A stretch of 64,000 nt of DNA from Anaeromyxobacteraceae bacterium (GCA_047602405.1 JASGHJ010000001.1:1120001-1184000); one strand, 5' to 3'; counted from the first letter of the stretch, positions 19,847 to 30,683 are shown. The notes: generated by a model not told the origin, from the letters alone. Translations and numbers: made by a program.

Positions 19847-21087
19847 GGTGGGGGCGTGCTTCGACTCCGCGCCCGCTGCGCGGGCGCTACGCTCAGCATG
19901 AGCGGGTCGGTGGCGTTGCGGTTCTGGTGGCGCTGGTCCTGACCGCCTGCCCGGGCGCGCCGCCCACGCCGCCGCCGACGCCCGCGCGGACGGCGGACCT
20001 CGCGCTCGTCGAGCTCACCCCCGACGCGTTCCCGTCCTTCTCCGACGACCTCGACTGGGCCGGGCTCGACGACGCGCTCGCGCGCTCGCAGGAGGCGCTG
20101 GCGCGGATCGCCGCCGCCGACCCGGGCCGGACCTTCGCGTTCGGGAAGGAGCGCGTGCCGGTGAAGCGGCTGCAGGCGACGCTCGCCCGCTTCCGCGAGC
20201 TCGCCGCGGCCCGGCCGCCGCCCGCCGACCTCGACGCCGCGCTCCGCCGCGAGTTCCGCGCCTTCCGCTCCACCGGCGACGGCACCGGCAAGATGCTCGT
20301 CACGGGCTACTACCTGCCCGAGCTCCGGGGCTCGCTGAAGCGCGACGGCCCGTTCCAGATCCCGCTCCACGCCGCGCCGGACGACCTCGTCACCGTGCGC
20401 GCGAAGGACTTCCCGGCGCTCTCCGAGGACCTCGTCGGCAAGGTCGAGAAGGGCCGGCTCGTGCCCTACCCGACGCGCGCCGAGATCGCGGGCGGCGTGC
20501 TCGCGGCACGGCGGGCGGAGCTCCTGTGGGTCGACTCCGAGGTGGACGCGTTCTTCCTCGAGGTGCAGGGGAGCGGCGTCGTCCGCTTCCCCGACGGCAC
20601 GCTCCGGACGGTCACCTACGCCGGCAACAACGGCCACCGCTACGAGTCGCTCGGCGCGGAGCTCGTCCGGCGGGGTGCGATCCCGCGCGAGCAGATCTCG
20701 ATGCAGACGATCCGCGCGTGGCTCGCGGCGCACCCGGAGGCGCAGCGCGACCTCCTCGACCGGAACCCGAGCTACGTCTTCTTCCGGCTCTCCGACGCGG
20801 CCATCGGCGCGCTCGGGGTGCCGGTGACCGCGGACCGCACCGTCGCCGCCGACCCGCGGGTCTTCCCGAAGGGCGGCCTCGCCTTCCTCGAGTCCGAGCG
20901 CCCCATCGACGCGACGCCGGGCGGGCCGCTGCGGCCGTTCGCGCGCTTCGTGCTCGACCAGGACTCCGGCGGCGCGATCCGCACCTCCGAGCGGCTCGAC
21001 CTGTTCCTCGGGCACGGCGCGTACGCGGCCGAGGCCGCGGGCCGCATGAAGCAGCCCGGGCGGCTCACCTACCTGCTGCTCCGCTGA
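19843..21087 (+). CDS. mltA: Membrane-bound lytic murein transglycosylase A lipoprotein
   Basis: Lipobox [41 protein letters not shown]; start uncertain. Confidence 0.88.
   Translation: MRWGRASTPRPLRGRYAQHERVGGVAVLVALVLTACPGAPPTPPPTPARTADLALVELTPDAFPSFSDDLDWAGLDDALARSQEALARIAAADPGRTFAFGKERVPVKRLQATLARFRELAAARPPPADLDAALRREFRAFRSTGDGTGKMLVTGYYLPELRGSLKRDGPFQIPLHAAPDDLVTVRAKDFPALSEDLVGKVEKGRLVPYPTRAEIAGGVLAARRAELLWVDSEVDAFFLEVQGSGVVRFPDGTLRTVTYAGNNGHRYESLGAELVRRGAIPREQISMQTIRAWLAAHPEAQRDLLDRNPSYVFFRLSDAAIGALGVPVTADRTVAADPRVFPKGGLAFLESERPIDATPGGPLRPFARFVLDQDSGGAIRTSERLDLFLGHGAYAAEAAGRMKQPGRLTYLLLR
19855..19905 (-). repeat. REP-like palindrome inside mltA 5' end
   Basis: TTCGACTCCG-hairpin-CTACGCTCAGCATGAGCGG, same family as 49161-49211. 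Confidence 0.75.
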
Positions 21088-21327
21088 GACCGGGCTTCGG
21101 CCCCATCGGCCCCGGCGGCGCGGATCCGACCTGCGGGACCGACCCGCGGCTCTCGCCGCAGCGGGGTCGAGCGTACCCGGGTGCACTTCGCCACCCCACC
21201 GATCTCCGCTCCGCCGGCGTCGCGCGCGTGAGGGGCCGTGTGGGCGGGATCGGCGGTGGGTCGAATCTCCGTACGCTCGGTCTTGGTCCGGGACCCGTCG
21301 CTGGCCTGATCGGGACGGCGCCGTGGA

Positions 21328-21343
21328 TGGCATGTCCCGTGCT
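21328..21343 (+). promoter_or_regulatory. Putative sigma54 promoter of MCP gene
   Basis: TGGCATGTCCCGTGCT = GG-N10-GC. Confidence 0.55.
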
Positions 21344-21436
21344 CCTTGCCGGCGAGTCGTGAGTAGTCCATCGAGCCGAACCGAAGCTCCGACCCCAACG
21401 CCGGAGCGCCCCGCCTCTCCTCCCGGAGCAGTCCAC

Positions 21437-24031
21437 GTGATCCGCCTTCGCACCACGGCGCAGAAGCTCGCCGCCGCGTTCGTCCTCCTCGTCGTCATGA
21501 CCGCCGCCGTCGGCTTCTTCTCGTCGCGGGGGCTCCTGCTCCTCACCGGGCACATCGAGTCGCTGGCGGACGACCTCCTCGCCTCGGAGGTGGCGCTCGG
21601 GCAGGCGCAGAACGCGTTCACCTCCATCCGCCTCGCCTCGTCGCAGGCCTCCGGCGCGGCGCTCCAGGGCAAGCCCGAGAAGATCGCCGGCTTCAAGGAG
21701 ACGCGCGACAAGCAGGTGCAGCTCATGGCGGAGGGGCTGAAGGCCTTCGAGAAGACCAACCTGTCGGAGAAGGAGCGCGAGCTCTACGCAGTCGTCAAGG
21801 AGGGGCGCGACTACTACGTGGGGGAGAACGACCGCTTCTGGCAGGCGCTCACGGCGGGTGACATCGACCGCTCCGTCGAGATCCAGAACGGGTACCGCGC
21901 CGCCGCCCAGACGAGGATCGTGGAGCCGCTCAACGCGCTCATGGCCCTCGAGGCCACGATGGCGCACGCGGAGGCGGTCCAGGCCGAGGTCGACGCGTCC
22001 CGCACCCGCGCGACCATGTGGATCGTCGTCGCGCTGTCCGTGCTCGCGGCGTCGTTGATGGGCTGGTACCTCGCCCGCGCCACCTCCCGCGCCGTGCGGA
22101 CGCTCGTCTCCGAGGCGGCCCGCCTGCGCGCCGCGGTGGTCGAGGGCCGGCTCGCCGAGCGCGGAGACGAGTCCCTCCTGTCGAGCGAGTTCCGGCCGAT
22201 CGTCCAGGGCCTCAACCAGACGATGGACGCGTACGACCGGCCCATCCGGCTCTCCGCCGACTACCTCGACCGGATCTCGCGGGGCGAGATCCCGCCGAAG
22301 GTCACCGAGCAGTACGCCGGCGACTTCGACCGCACGAAGGAGAGCCTCAACCGGTGCATCGACGCGGTGAACCTCCTGCTCTCCGACACGGGCGCGCTCG
22401 CGAAGGCGGGCACGGAGGGCCGGCTCGCGACCCGCGCCGACGCCACCCGGCACCAGGGCGACTTCCGCAAGGTCGTGGAGGGCTTCAACGCCACGCTCGA
22501 CGCCGTCGTCGGCCCCCTGACCGCCGCGGCCGGGTGCGTCGAGCACATCGCCCGGGGCGAGATCCCGCCCGAGATCGACGCGGAGTGGAAGGGGGACTTC
22601 GCGAAGCTCCGCGACAACCTGAACACGTGCGTGCGCTCGGTGAACCTCCTGATCGCCGACGCCCGCGAGCTCTCCCGCGCGGCGGTGGCCGGCGAGCTCG
22701 CGGTGAGGGCCGACCCCACCCGCCACGCCGGCGACTTCCGCGCCATCATCCAGGGCGTGAACGACGCCCTCGAGGCGATCGTCGTCCCGTTCCGGGTGGT
22801 GGCCGAGTACTGCGAGCGGATCTCCCACGGCGACCTCCCGCCCCGGCGCACGAACACGGTGCGCGGCGACATCGTCGCCATGCAGCGGAGCCTGAACCGC
22901 TGCGTGGACGCCGTGACCGCGCTCGTGAAGGACGTGAACGGGCTCGCGGAGCAGGCGGTGGCGGGGCGGCTCGCGGGCCGCGTCGACGTGGGCCGCCACG
23001 AGGGCGCCTTCCGGGAGACCCTGGCGAGCGTCAACGCCACGCTGGACGCGGTGACCGCGCCCATCGCCGAGGCGTCGGGCGTGCTCGAGAAGCTCGCCGA
23101 GCGCGACCTGCGCGCCCGGATGACGGGGGAATACCAGGGCGACCACGCGAAGATGAAGCAGTCCCTGAACGCGACGGCGGAGGCGTTGAACGACGCGGTT
23201 GCGCAGGTGGCGGAGGCCGTCGACCAGGTCTCGTCGGCCGCGAGCCAGATCGCCGCGTCCTCGCAGGCCGTCGCGAGCGGCGCCTCCGAGCAGGCGGCGT
23301 CGCTCACCGAGACCACCGCCTCGCTCGACACGGTGATGTCGATCACGACCCACGCCTCCGAGAACGCACAGCAGGCCCACCACCTCGCGACGGCCGCCAC
23401 CGCGGCCGCGACGGAGGGAGCCGGCGCGGTGGAGCAGATGCAGGGCGCCATGGGCCGGATCAGGGCGTCCGCCGAGTCGACCTCGCAGATCATCAAGGAC
23501 ATCAACGAGATCGCGTTCCAGACGAACCTGCTCGCGCTCAACGCCGCGGTGGAGGCGGCGCGGGCCGGAGAGGCGGGCCGCGGCTTCGCGGTGGTGGCCG
23601 AGGAGGTCCGGTCCCTGGCGCTCCGCGCGAAGGAGGCGGCCTCGAAGACCGAGGGGCTCATCCGGGAGTCGGTGAAGCAGGCCGCGGAGGGAGAGGTCAC
23701 CTCGCGGCACGTCGCCGGCAAGCTCTCGGAGATCGTGTCCGGCGTCGGGAAGGTCTCCGGCATCGTGACCGAGATCGCGGCCGCCGCGAAGGAGCAGTCG
23801 AGCGGGATCACGCAGGTGAACGAGGCCCTGGTGCAGATGGACAAGGTCACCCAGCAGAACGCGGCCTCCGCCGAGGAGTCCTCCTCGGCGGCGAGCGAGC
23901 TCTCCGGCCAGTCCGAGGAGCTCGCGGCCATGGTCTCCGCGTTCAGGATCTCGCGGTCCGAAGGTGGGGCCGCGCTCCTCCGCCCGCCCGGCGCGCCGCA
24001 GCTCCGCTCCGGCCGCAGGCAGCTCGCCTGA
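21437..24031 (+). CDS. Methyl-accepting chemotaxis protein with poly-HAMP array
   Basis: Two TM helices, repeated [16 protein letters not shown] units, [34 protein letters not shown]. Confidence 0.93.
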   Translation: MIRLRTTAQKLAAAFVLLVVMTAAVGFFSSRGLLLLTGHIESLADDLLASEVALGQAQNAFTSIRLASSQASGAALQGKPEKIAGFKETRDKQVQLMAEGLKAFEKTNLSEKERELYAVVKEGRDYYVGENDRFWQALTAGDIDRSVEIQNGYRAAAQTRIVEPLNALMALEATMAHAEAVQAEVDASRTRATMWIVVALSVLAASLMGWYLARATSRAVRTLVSEAARLRAAVVEGRLAERGDESLLSSEFRPIVQGLNQTMDAYDRPIRLSADYLDRISRGEIPPKVTEQYAGDFDRTKESLNRCIDAVNLLLSDTGALAKAGTEGRLATRADATRHQGDFRKVVEGFNATLDAVVGPLTAAAGCVEHIARGEIPPEIDAEWKGDFAKLRDNLNTCVRSVNLLIADARELSRAAVAGELAVRADPTRHAGDFRAIIQGVNDALEAIVVPFRVVAEYCERISHGDLPPRRTNTVRGDIVAMQRSLNRCVDAVTALVKDVNGLAEQAVAGRLAGRVDVGRHEGAFRETLASVNATLDAVTAPIAEASGVLEKLAERDLRARMTGEYQGDHAKMKQSLNATAEALNDAVAQVAEAVDQVSSAASQIAASSQAVASGASEQAASLTETTASLDTVMSITTHASENAQQAHHLATAATAAATEGAGAVEQMQGAMGRIRASAESTSQIIKDINEIAFQTNLLALNAAVEAARAGEAGRGFAVVAEEVRSLALRAKEAASKTEGLIRESVKQAAEGEVTSRHVAGKLSEIVSGVGKVSGIVTEIAAAAKEQSSGITQVNEALVQMDKVTQQNAASAEESSSAASELSGQSEELAAMVSAFRISRSEGGAALLRPPGAPQLRSGRRQLA

Positions 24032-24071
24032 GGCGCCCCACCTGGTTCGCGAGCGGGCACCGGGCGATCAC

Positions 24072-25412
24072 ATGACCGCGGCTTCGCCAGCGGAGCGGAC
24101 CGCCGAGGGCGGGATGCCGGCCTCCTACGTGCGGCTGGGCCTGGGCCTCGGCGCGCTCGCGTACGGCGCCTTCGTCGTGCTCGGCCTCGCCCTGGGCGGC
24201 GTGGACGGATGGCACTGCTTCGCCGCCCTCGGCTTCGCCCTCGCCTTCGGGTGCTCCTTCCGCGAGCCCACGCGGGCGGGCGCGGTGGCGCTGACCATCG
24301 GGCTCGTGGAGATGCTCTCGCACTTCGCGCGGCACGGGATCATGAGCGGGTCCGGGCTGGCCCTGCCGGTCCTGGTCGCGATGTCGGGGCTCCTCCTCGG
24401 AGAGCGCGCCGCGCTCGCCATGGGCGTCGTCGCGGGGGTCGGCGCGGAGGTCGCCGCGTTCTCGGGAGGGGGAGGCGGCGCGCTCACGCGCGAAGAGCTC
24501 GAGCGCATCGTCGTCGTGACGCTGACCGTGACGATCACCTCGGCGCTGACCTTCGCCGCCGTGCGGGGCCACCGGCGCGCGCTGGCGGCCTCCGAGGCGG
24601 CGCGGGCGCGGACGCTGCGCGAGGCCGCGGAGCGCGAGGCGCTCCACCTGCAGCTCGAGCACGCCCAGCGCCTCGAGACCGTGGGCCTCCTCGCGGGCGC
24701 CGTGGCCCACGACTTCAACAACGTCCTCGCCGCCGTCGCCGGGACCGCGGAGTTCATGGAGGAGGTGGGCACCGCCGAGGTCCGCGAGGCGGCGAGGGAG
24801 CTCCTCGACATCCAGCGCAGCGGCAGCGCGCTCACCCGCCAGCTCCTCGCGTTCGCCCGGCGTGACGTGAGGTGCCCGCAGCCGCTCGACCTCGGCGAGA
24901 CGGTGCGCGGGATGACGCGGCTCCTCGAGAGCATCCTCGGCCGGGAGCGGGCGCTCGAGCTCGTCCTGGCGCCGGACGTCCACGTCGTGGCGGACGTGGG
25001 GCAGATCCAGCAGGTGCTCGCGAACCTGGTCTCGAACGCCAGGGACGCGAGCGGGCCGGGCGCACCGGTGAGCGTCCGCGTCAGGGCGCCCGGCGCGGCG
25101 GAGGGGTTCACGCCCGGTTGCACGCTCCCGGGCGCCATGGCGGTGATCGAGGTCGAGGACCGCGGCGCGGGGATGACCGCCGAGGTGCGGGAGCGGTGCT
25201 TCGAGCCCTTCTTCACGACGAAGCCCAGGGGCCAGGGCACCGGCCTCGGCCTCTCCACCGTGCACGGGATCGTGGGGCAGAGCGGCGGCGAGCTGACGGT
25301 CGAGAGCGCGCCGGGCCAGGGCGCGATCTTCCGGGTGTTCCTCCCGGCCGCGCCGCCGCCCACCGCGCGGGCCGCGGGCCGCGTCGCGCGGGCCGCTCCG
25401 CTCGCCTCCTGA
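24072..25412 (+). CDS. Membrane sensor histidine kinase
   Basis: AHDFNN H-box, NLVSNARDA, DRGAGM, FEPFFTTK, GTGLGL; no receiver domain. Confidence 0.9.
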   Translation: MTAASPAERTAEGGMPASYVRLGLGLGALAYGAFVVLGLALGGVDGWHCFAALGFALAFGCSFREPTRAGAVALTIGLVEMLSHFARHGIMSGSGLALPVLVAMSGLLLGERAALAMGVVAGVGAEVAAFSGGGGGALTREELERIVVVTLTVTITSALTFAAVRGHRRALAASEAARARTLREAAEREALHLQLEHAQRLETVGLLAGAVAHDFNNVLAAVAGTAEFMEEVGTAEVREAARELLDIQRSGSALTRQLLAFARRDVRCPQPLDLGETVRGMTRLLESILGRERALELVLAPDVHVVADVGQIQQVLANLVSNARDASGPGAPVSVRVRAPGAAEGFTPGCTLPGAMAVIEVEDRGAGMTAEVRERCFEPFFTTKPRGQGTGLGLSTVHGIVGQSGGELTVESAPGQGAIFRVFLPAAPPPTARAAGRVARAAPLAS

Positions 25413-25415
25413 GCC

Positions 25416-26033
25416 CTACCGCACCACCCGCGCGACCGACTCCTTCCACGCCGCCGCCGCGGCGCGGTCGGGCGGGCCGATCACGATCTGGTGCCGGCCG
25501 ACGAGCGCGAAGAGCGGCCCGGAGAGCTCCGGGAAGCGCGCGCCCAGCTTCGCCCTGAGCGCGTGCGTCGTCATGCCCTCGCCGAGCGCCGCGAGCACGT
25601 CGGCCTCCTCCGGCGCGAGCTCCGGATCGACCCGCGGCGCCGGCCCCGGCGCGAGCGGCGCGTCGAGCGGGATGCGCGCGGGCGAGTACGAGAAGCCGCC
25701 CAGGCCCGGGTACGCCTCGAGGATCGCGCGGAAGAACGGCTTCGCCGCGTCCACGCTCGCGGGCGTGAACGCGAGCCCGGTGTGCCACGGCGCCCGGTCG
25801 GAGACCCACACGACCTTGCCGGTCACGGTGACCGGTGACCGCACCCGGTCCTCCTTGAGCTCGAGGGTGAGCTCGCTGCCGAGCGGCAGCGGCTCCGCCG
25901 TCACGATTTGGCAGCCCGACGAGCCGAGGTCGTACGTCGGCGAGCCCCAGAACCCGCCGCGCGGCAGCGCGATGCGCGCGTCGCAGCGCACGGGGATGCG
26001 GGGGTTGTGGCGGGGGTTCTCGAGGAACTCCAT
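25416..26033 (-). CDS. PilZ domain protein
   Basis: RHNPR (RxxxR) and DLGSSG (DxSxxG-like) motifs. Confidence 0.8.
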   Translation of the reverse strand: MEFLENPRHNPRIPVRCDARIALPRGGFWGSPTYDLGSSGCQIVTAEPLPLGSELTLELKEDRVRSPVTVTGKVVWVSDRAPWHTGLAFTPASVDAAKPFFRAILEAYPGLGGFSYSPARIPLDAPLAPGPAPRVDPELAPEEADVLAALGEGMTTHALRAKLGARFPELSGPLFALVGRHQIVIGPPDRAAAAAWKESVARVVR

Positions 26034-26146
26034 GGTCGGCACCTTTCCTCGCCGATGCTACCGATCGTCCACCCCGGCGGGCACGGGTCGAGTGGGCCCC
26101 GGGGCAACCCCGCGCAGCCACTTCGCGCGGACGGCCCCGGCGGCGC

Positions 26147-26986
26147 TCACTCCCCGAGCCGGCGGGGCTCGAGCGGATGGATCGAGCGGCCGAGCGCCGA
26201 GACCACGTCGGTGATCTTCTCGACGCCCTCCACGGCGTCCGCGAGCACCTCGGCGCGCTCGGCCGGAGGGAGGTCCTCGCCGGCGAGCGACCTGAGGTTG
26301 GTCCGGAGCGCCGCGAGCGGGCTCGACATCTCGTGCACGACGCCCGCGGCGAGGCGGCCGGCCTCGAGGAGCGCCTCGGCCTCGGCGCGGCGGCGCTCGG
26401 ACTCCACCCGGGCGCGCTCGCTCTCGGCGAGCGCCTCCATCGCGTCGACCCGCGCGTTCGCCGCGGCGACCTCGTCCGCGATGAGGCGCCGGGTCATCAC
26501 GGTGCCGAACACCGCGAGGACCGTCATGACCGTGGAGAGGAGGACCCACGCACCGAGCTCGAACGCGCCCTGGCCCTCCGACCAGCGCACGAGGAGGCCG
26601 CCCGGGGCGCAGATGGCGCCCGCGATCGCGGCCGCCGACGGCAGCTCGGGGAACGCGACGAGCAGCGCGAACGGGGAGGCGAGGAACATGCCCTCGTAGA
26701 TCGAGTGCGTGCCGCCCGACAGCCACACGATGGAGGTCACCGCGAGCCCGGTCGCGGCGCCGCCGACGTGGCCGCCCGCGACCGCGAGCCGGGTGCGGCC
26801 GCGCTGCTGCGACCACGAGGCGAACAGCGCCGCGAGGATCCACCCGGCGCGGAGCAGCCAGACCCTGCCGGCGTTCGGCTGCCCGAGGTCGATCGGGGAG
26901 CACGCCGCGATGAGCGCCGCCGCGAGCAGCGTCGCCCGCCGCTGGTGGCGGAGGGCCTTCTCGCTGAACGGCGCGTGGCGGTACAC
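26147..26986 (-). CDS. Membrane protein ending in HisKA/DHp domain with no ATPase domain
   Basis: Several TM helices, GRLAAGVVHEMSSPL, stop about 60 aa later. Confidence 0.75.
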   Translation of the reverse strand: MYRHAPFSEKALRHQRRATLLAAALIAACSPIDLGQPNAGRVWLLRAGWILAALFASWSQQRGRTRLAVAGGHVGGAATGLAVTSIVWLSGGTHSIYEGMFLASPFALLVAFPELPSAAAIAGAICAPGGLLVRWSEGQGAFELGAWVLLSTVMTVLAVFGTVMTRRLIADEVAAANARVDAMEALAESERARVESERRRAEAEALLEAGRLAAGVVHEMSSPLAALRTNLRSLAGEDLPPAERAEVLADAVEGVEKITDVVSALGRSIHPLEPRRLGE

Positions 26987-27106
26987 GCGGCCCTTCCTAG
27001 CAGATCGGGCGGCCGGACAGGCGCCCGGAGGTCCGGTCCACGCTGGGTCCGCCCGGGATCAGGGCCGGGCCTGACCGGCGTCAGAAGATCGGGGTAAGAA
27101 GGTCCC

Positions 27107-28102
27107 GTGACGAGGGGACGACCCATCGAGCTGCACCGCGGCGAGCTCCGGGTGACGGGCACGGCGCTCGCGCTCGACGCGCGGCGCCGGGCGGCCTGCG
27201 CGTTCGTCTCGCACGCTCACGGCGATCACATCGGGCGCCACGACCGCACCATCGCCACCGCGCCGACCCTCGCGCTCATGCGCCACCGGCTCGGCGAGCC
27301 GCGCCGCAAGCCCACCGAGGCGCTCCCGGCCGGCTACCGCACGCCCTTCGGCCTCGGCGAGCTCACGCTCGAGCTCTTCTCGGCGGGCCACGTGCTCGGC
27401 TCCGCGCAGCTGCGCGTCTCGCGCGGCAACCTCGCCGTCGCGTACACCGGCGACCTCTGCACCGAGCCCACGCACGCGGCCGAGCCGGGGGAGGTGGTGC
27501 CCTGCGACGTCCTCGTGATGGAGTCGACCTTCGGGCACCCGCGCTACGTCTTCCCGCCGAAGGCCGAGACGCTCGCCGCGATCCGGAAGTTCGTCGACGA
27601 CGCGTTCGCCGACGGGGTGACGCCGGTGCTCCTCGGCTACGCGCTCGGGAAGGCGCAGGAGATCCTGAAGTACCTGTCCGACCTCGGCTACAGGTGCCGG
27701 GCGCACCCGACCGTGCAGGCCGTGAACCGCGTGTACGAGGCGCACGGCGTGTCGCTCGAGAACGTGCGGCCGCTCGGGCCGGAGGGGCCGGCGCGCGACG
27801 AGGTGGTGGTCGCGCCGCCGAACCTCGCGCGCGGCGCCGCGATGCGCGGTGTCGGCAAGAAGCGCACGGCCATCCTCACCGGCTGGGCGGTCGACGGCGC
27901 GCGCTGGTTCCGGGGCGTCGACGCGGCCTTCCCGCTCTCCGACCACGCCGACTTCCCGTCCCTCGTGCGCTACGCGAAGGCCTCCGGCGCCGGGCGCGTG
28001 TTCACCGTGCACGGCCACGCCGGCCCGCTCGCCGCGGCGCTCCGCAAGGAGGGGCTCCGCGCGGAGCCGCTCAAGGAGCAGGCGCAGCTCGAGCTGCTGT
28101 AG
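27107..28102 (+). CDS. MBL/beta-CASP exonuclease (ligase-associated DNA damage response type)
   Basis: SHAHGDH, AGHVLGSA, ESTFG, YALGKAQE, LSDHADF. Confidence 0.85.
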   Translation: MTRGRPIELHRGELRVTGTALALDARRRAACAFVSHAHGDHIGRHDRTIATAPTLALMRHRLGEPRRKPTEALPAGYRTPFGLGELTLELFSAGHVLGSAQLRVSRGNLAVAYTGDLCTEPTHAAEPGEVVPCDVLVMESTFGHPRYVFPPKAETLAAIRKFVDDAFADGVTPVLLGYALGKAQEILKYLSDLGYRCRAHPTVQAVNRVYEAHGVSLENVRPLGPEGPARDEVVVAPPNLARGAAMRGVGKKRTAILTGWAVDGARWFRGVDAAFPLSDHADFPSLVRYAKASGAGRVFTVHGHAGPLAAALRKEGLRAEPLKEQAQLELL

Positions 28103-28111
28103 CTCCGCTCC

Positions 28112-28182
28112 CCGTTCGTCCCGAGCCCTTCGACTCCGCGGCCTCCGGCCGCTACGCTCAGGACGGGCGGAGACGAGGGACG
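28112..28182. repeat. Nested REP-like palindrome between convergent genes
   Basis: Outer CCGTTCGTCCCGAGC...GAGGGACG enclosing an inverted TTCGACTCCG...CTACGCTCAGGACGGGCGG copy. Confidence 0.75.
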
Positions 28183-28193
28183 CCTCGCAGGTC

Positions 28194-30683
28194 CTACGGC
28201 ACCACGTTCGGCGCCCCCGCGTCGTACCGGGCCTTCGCCGGCAGCGCCGTGGTCGCGCCGGTGAGCGGGTTCACCCAGGGCCACGCGCTCGCGCCGAAGA
28301 AGGCCGGCTTCGCGGTCAGGTAGAACGAGCTCGGGATGGTCTTCGCGCCCGCCACCCAGACCACGCCGTTCGTGACGTTGTCCCAGTTGCCGTCCCGGAA
28401 GATGTGCGCGGCGGAGTAGCCGTTGTCCCAGTTGCCGCCGCCGCCCCCGTAGTTGTCGCCCAGCCGGTAGATGGGCGCGCCGCCGCCGGTCGAGGACGGG
28501 TTCGCCTCGTACTTCGAGCCGCCGCGGAGCACGTTCCCCACGTAGGCGTGCCAGTGGGTCCAGCCGTCCATGCCGACCGCGCGCAGGTTTCCGCTCATGC
28601 CGCCGCCGGAGTTCTGGCCGTGGGCGTAGTTGCGCAGGTGGACGTGCCAGCCCGAGTTGCCGTGGGTGGTGTCGCCGCCGAGGTTCGGCGTCCAGTTGCC
28701 CTCGATGAGGTCGTGGTGCGTGAAGTTGGCGTGGCAGTCGTCGATGCCGTTCTCCTGCCAGCCCGGGCTGTTCCAGATGTGCGCGTCGTCGACGTAGTTG
28801 TAGGCGATGACGTTGCCGCCGCCCGTGGAGTTGAGCGCGATGGGCTTGTTGTTCCGGATCGAGATGTTGTTCTCGACGAGGCACGCCGAGGAGCCCACGC
28901 CGATCACGATGCCGTAGCCCTGGCCGCCCGGGTTCTCGTCGGCGGAGCCGTGCACGTAGGAGTCGCGGATCACCACGCGGTAGCTGCGGCCGACGCCGAC
29001 GTTGTAGCCGTACTTGCCGGGGTGGGCCGGGTCGCCGCTCCAGCGCTCGCCGTCGGCGTCGATGTTCTTCGCCCAGCCGTAGGCGACGTAGCTGAAGACC
29101 ACCGTGCCGCCGGGGAAGCCCCACATGTTGTTGCCGCCGGCGACCGCGACGTTCTCGATGCCGACCCACCGGTTCCCCACCGGGACCGAGGCGGTGTTCT
29201 TCGGGACGGTGCGCCACAGCTGCGCCTTCGCCGAGACCGGGAAGTCGATGTTGACCGGATCCTTGAGGGTGATCGTGTTGCCCGAGATCGCGGCGATCTC
29301 GTTCGTCTGCATGGTGGAGCGCCAGGTCGGGTTGATGTTCTTCGCCGCGTTCGCGGCCGAGGTGAGGTCGGTGACCGAGACCATGTTCGGCGCGCCCGTG
29401 CCCGGACCGTTCCACGAGAAGCCCGGCTGCCGCTTGAAGTACTCCCCGTCGTAGAACCAGATGTAGCCGCCGTTGAACCACGCGCCGCCGTTCTGGGTGG
29501 CGGCGCCGTCCTGCCGGTCCAGGGTGACGACGTCGCCCACGACGTAGGCGCTCGCGCTCGCGACCTGCACCGTCGTCGCCCCCTTCACCGCGTCCGCGCT
29601 GAGGTCGGTGACGGCGAAGCTCGCGTCGGAGGAGCCGGTCCGGTGGCCGAACAGGATCACCGTGCCGTAGTCGTTGATGGTGCCGTTCGCGGCGATGCGG
29701 GTCGAGTCCGCGCCCTCGCCGCGGATCGTCACGTTGTCCACCTTCACCACGATGCCGACCTGGCCGCCCGAGTTCGTCTGCGGGTTCACGTAGTAGGTGC
29801 CGGCCTTCAGCTTCACGATCTTGCGGGCGGTGGGCGTGGCGGCCGCGCCGGCGGCGTTGATCGCGGCCTGGAACGCGCTCGAGAACGCGGCCGCGCTGGC
29901 GGTGGCGGTGAGCGCCGGGTTCACCGAGTAGCCGCCGTACGGGTCGCCGGCCGGCAGCCAGACCGTCGCCGGGCGCACCGGGTCGTCGTCGCGCGGGATG
30001 CCGCCCGGGATGCCGGGGCTCCACGTCGAGCGGAGGTCGGCGGGGAGGATCGACTGGTCGATGGCCGACGGCTGCACGACGGTGATGCCGAGCGGCGCGG
30101 TCGCGGTCGCGGCCTTCGAGTCGATGACGGTGACGGTGAACGAGATGGTGCCGGTGGCCGACGGCGTGCCGGTGATGGCCCCGGTCGCGGCGGCGAGCGA
30201 GAGGCCGGCGGGGAGCGTGCCGGCCGTGATGGACCACGTGTACGGAGCGGTGCCGCCGGTCGCCGCGAGCGAGGCCGAGTAGGCCTGGCCGGTCGCGCCC
30301 TGGGGCAGCGCACCCGTCGTGATCGCGAGCTGGGTCGGCGGCGGCGGCGCCTTGACCGTCACCGTCGCCGTGCCCTGCTTCGCCGGGTCGGCGGTCGCCG
30401 TCGCGATCACGTGGAAGGTCCCGGCGGTCCCTGGCGCCGTGTAGAGCCCCGCCGCGCTCACCGTCCCGCCGGTCGCGCCCTCCTGCACCGTCCAGGTCAC
30501 GTCGACGGCCGCCGCGCCGGGGCCCGTCGCCAGGAACGCCTGCGTGCCGGAGGTGAGCACCTGCGCCGCGGGCGGGCTCACCGTGACCTCGGTGTCCCCG
30601 GAGTTCCCGGGGGGCGTCGCGGTGGCCTGGCAGCCGAGCGCGAAAGCGGTGAGGAGCGCGAGGGTGGAGCGGCGGCGGTTCAT
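28194..30683 (-). CDS. Secreted lipoprotein with Ig-like domains and a pectin-lyase-like beta-helix
   Basis: Lipobox ALGC, GLYTAP Ig unit, GGTAPYTWS...LPAGLSL putative Ig unit, AFQAAINAAG...LKAGTY...TIRGEG beta-helix start, Asn-rich. Confidence 0.8.
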   Translation of the reverse strand: MNRRRSTLALLTAFALGCQATATPPGNSGDTEVTVSPPAAQVLTSGTQAFLATGPGAAAVDVTWTVQEGATGGTVSAAGLYTAPGTAGTFHVIATATADPAKQGTATVTVKAPPPPTQLAITTGALPQGATGQAYSASLAATGGTAPYTWSITAGTLPAGLSLAAATGAITGTPSATGTISFTVTVIDSKAATATAPLGITVVQPSAIDQSILPADLRSTWSPGIPGGIPRDDDPVRPATVWLPAGDPYGGYSVNPALTATASAAAFSSAFQAAINAAGAAATPTARKIVKLKAGTYYVNPQTNSGGQVGIVVKVDNVTIRGEGADSTRIAANGTINDYGTVILFGHRTGSSDASFAVTDLSADAVKGATTVQVASASAYVVGDVVTLDRQDGAATQNGGAWFNGGYIWFYDGEYFKRQPGFSWNGPGTGAPNMVSVTDLTSAANAAKNINPTWRSTMQTNEIAAISGNTITLKDPVNIDFPVSAKAQLWRTVPKNTASVPVGNRWVGIENVAVAGGNNMWGFPGGTVVFSYVAYGWAKNIDADGERWSGDPAHPGKYGYNVGVGRSYRVVIRDSYVHGSADENPGGQGYGIVIGVGSSACLVENNISIRNNKPIALNSTGGGNVIAYNYVDDAHIWNSPGWQENGIDDCHANFTHHDLIEGNWTPNLGGDTTHGNSGWHVHLRNYAHGQNSGGGMSGNLRAVGMDGWTHWHAYVGNVLRGGSKYEANPSSTGGGAPIYRLGDNYGGGGGNWDNGYSAAHIFRDGNWDNVTNGVVWVAGAKTIPSSFYLTAKPAFFGASAWPWVNPLTGATTALPAKARYDAGAPNVVP

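Noticed and set aside
26100..26150. UGA readthrough restoring the kinase ATPase domain
   Set aside because: Downstream sequence shows no N/G-box motifs and the PilZ gene starts about 110 bp later
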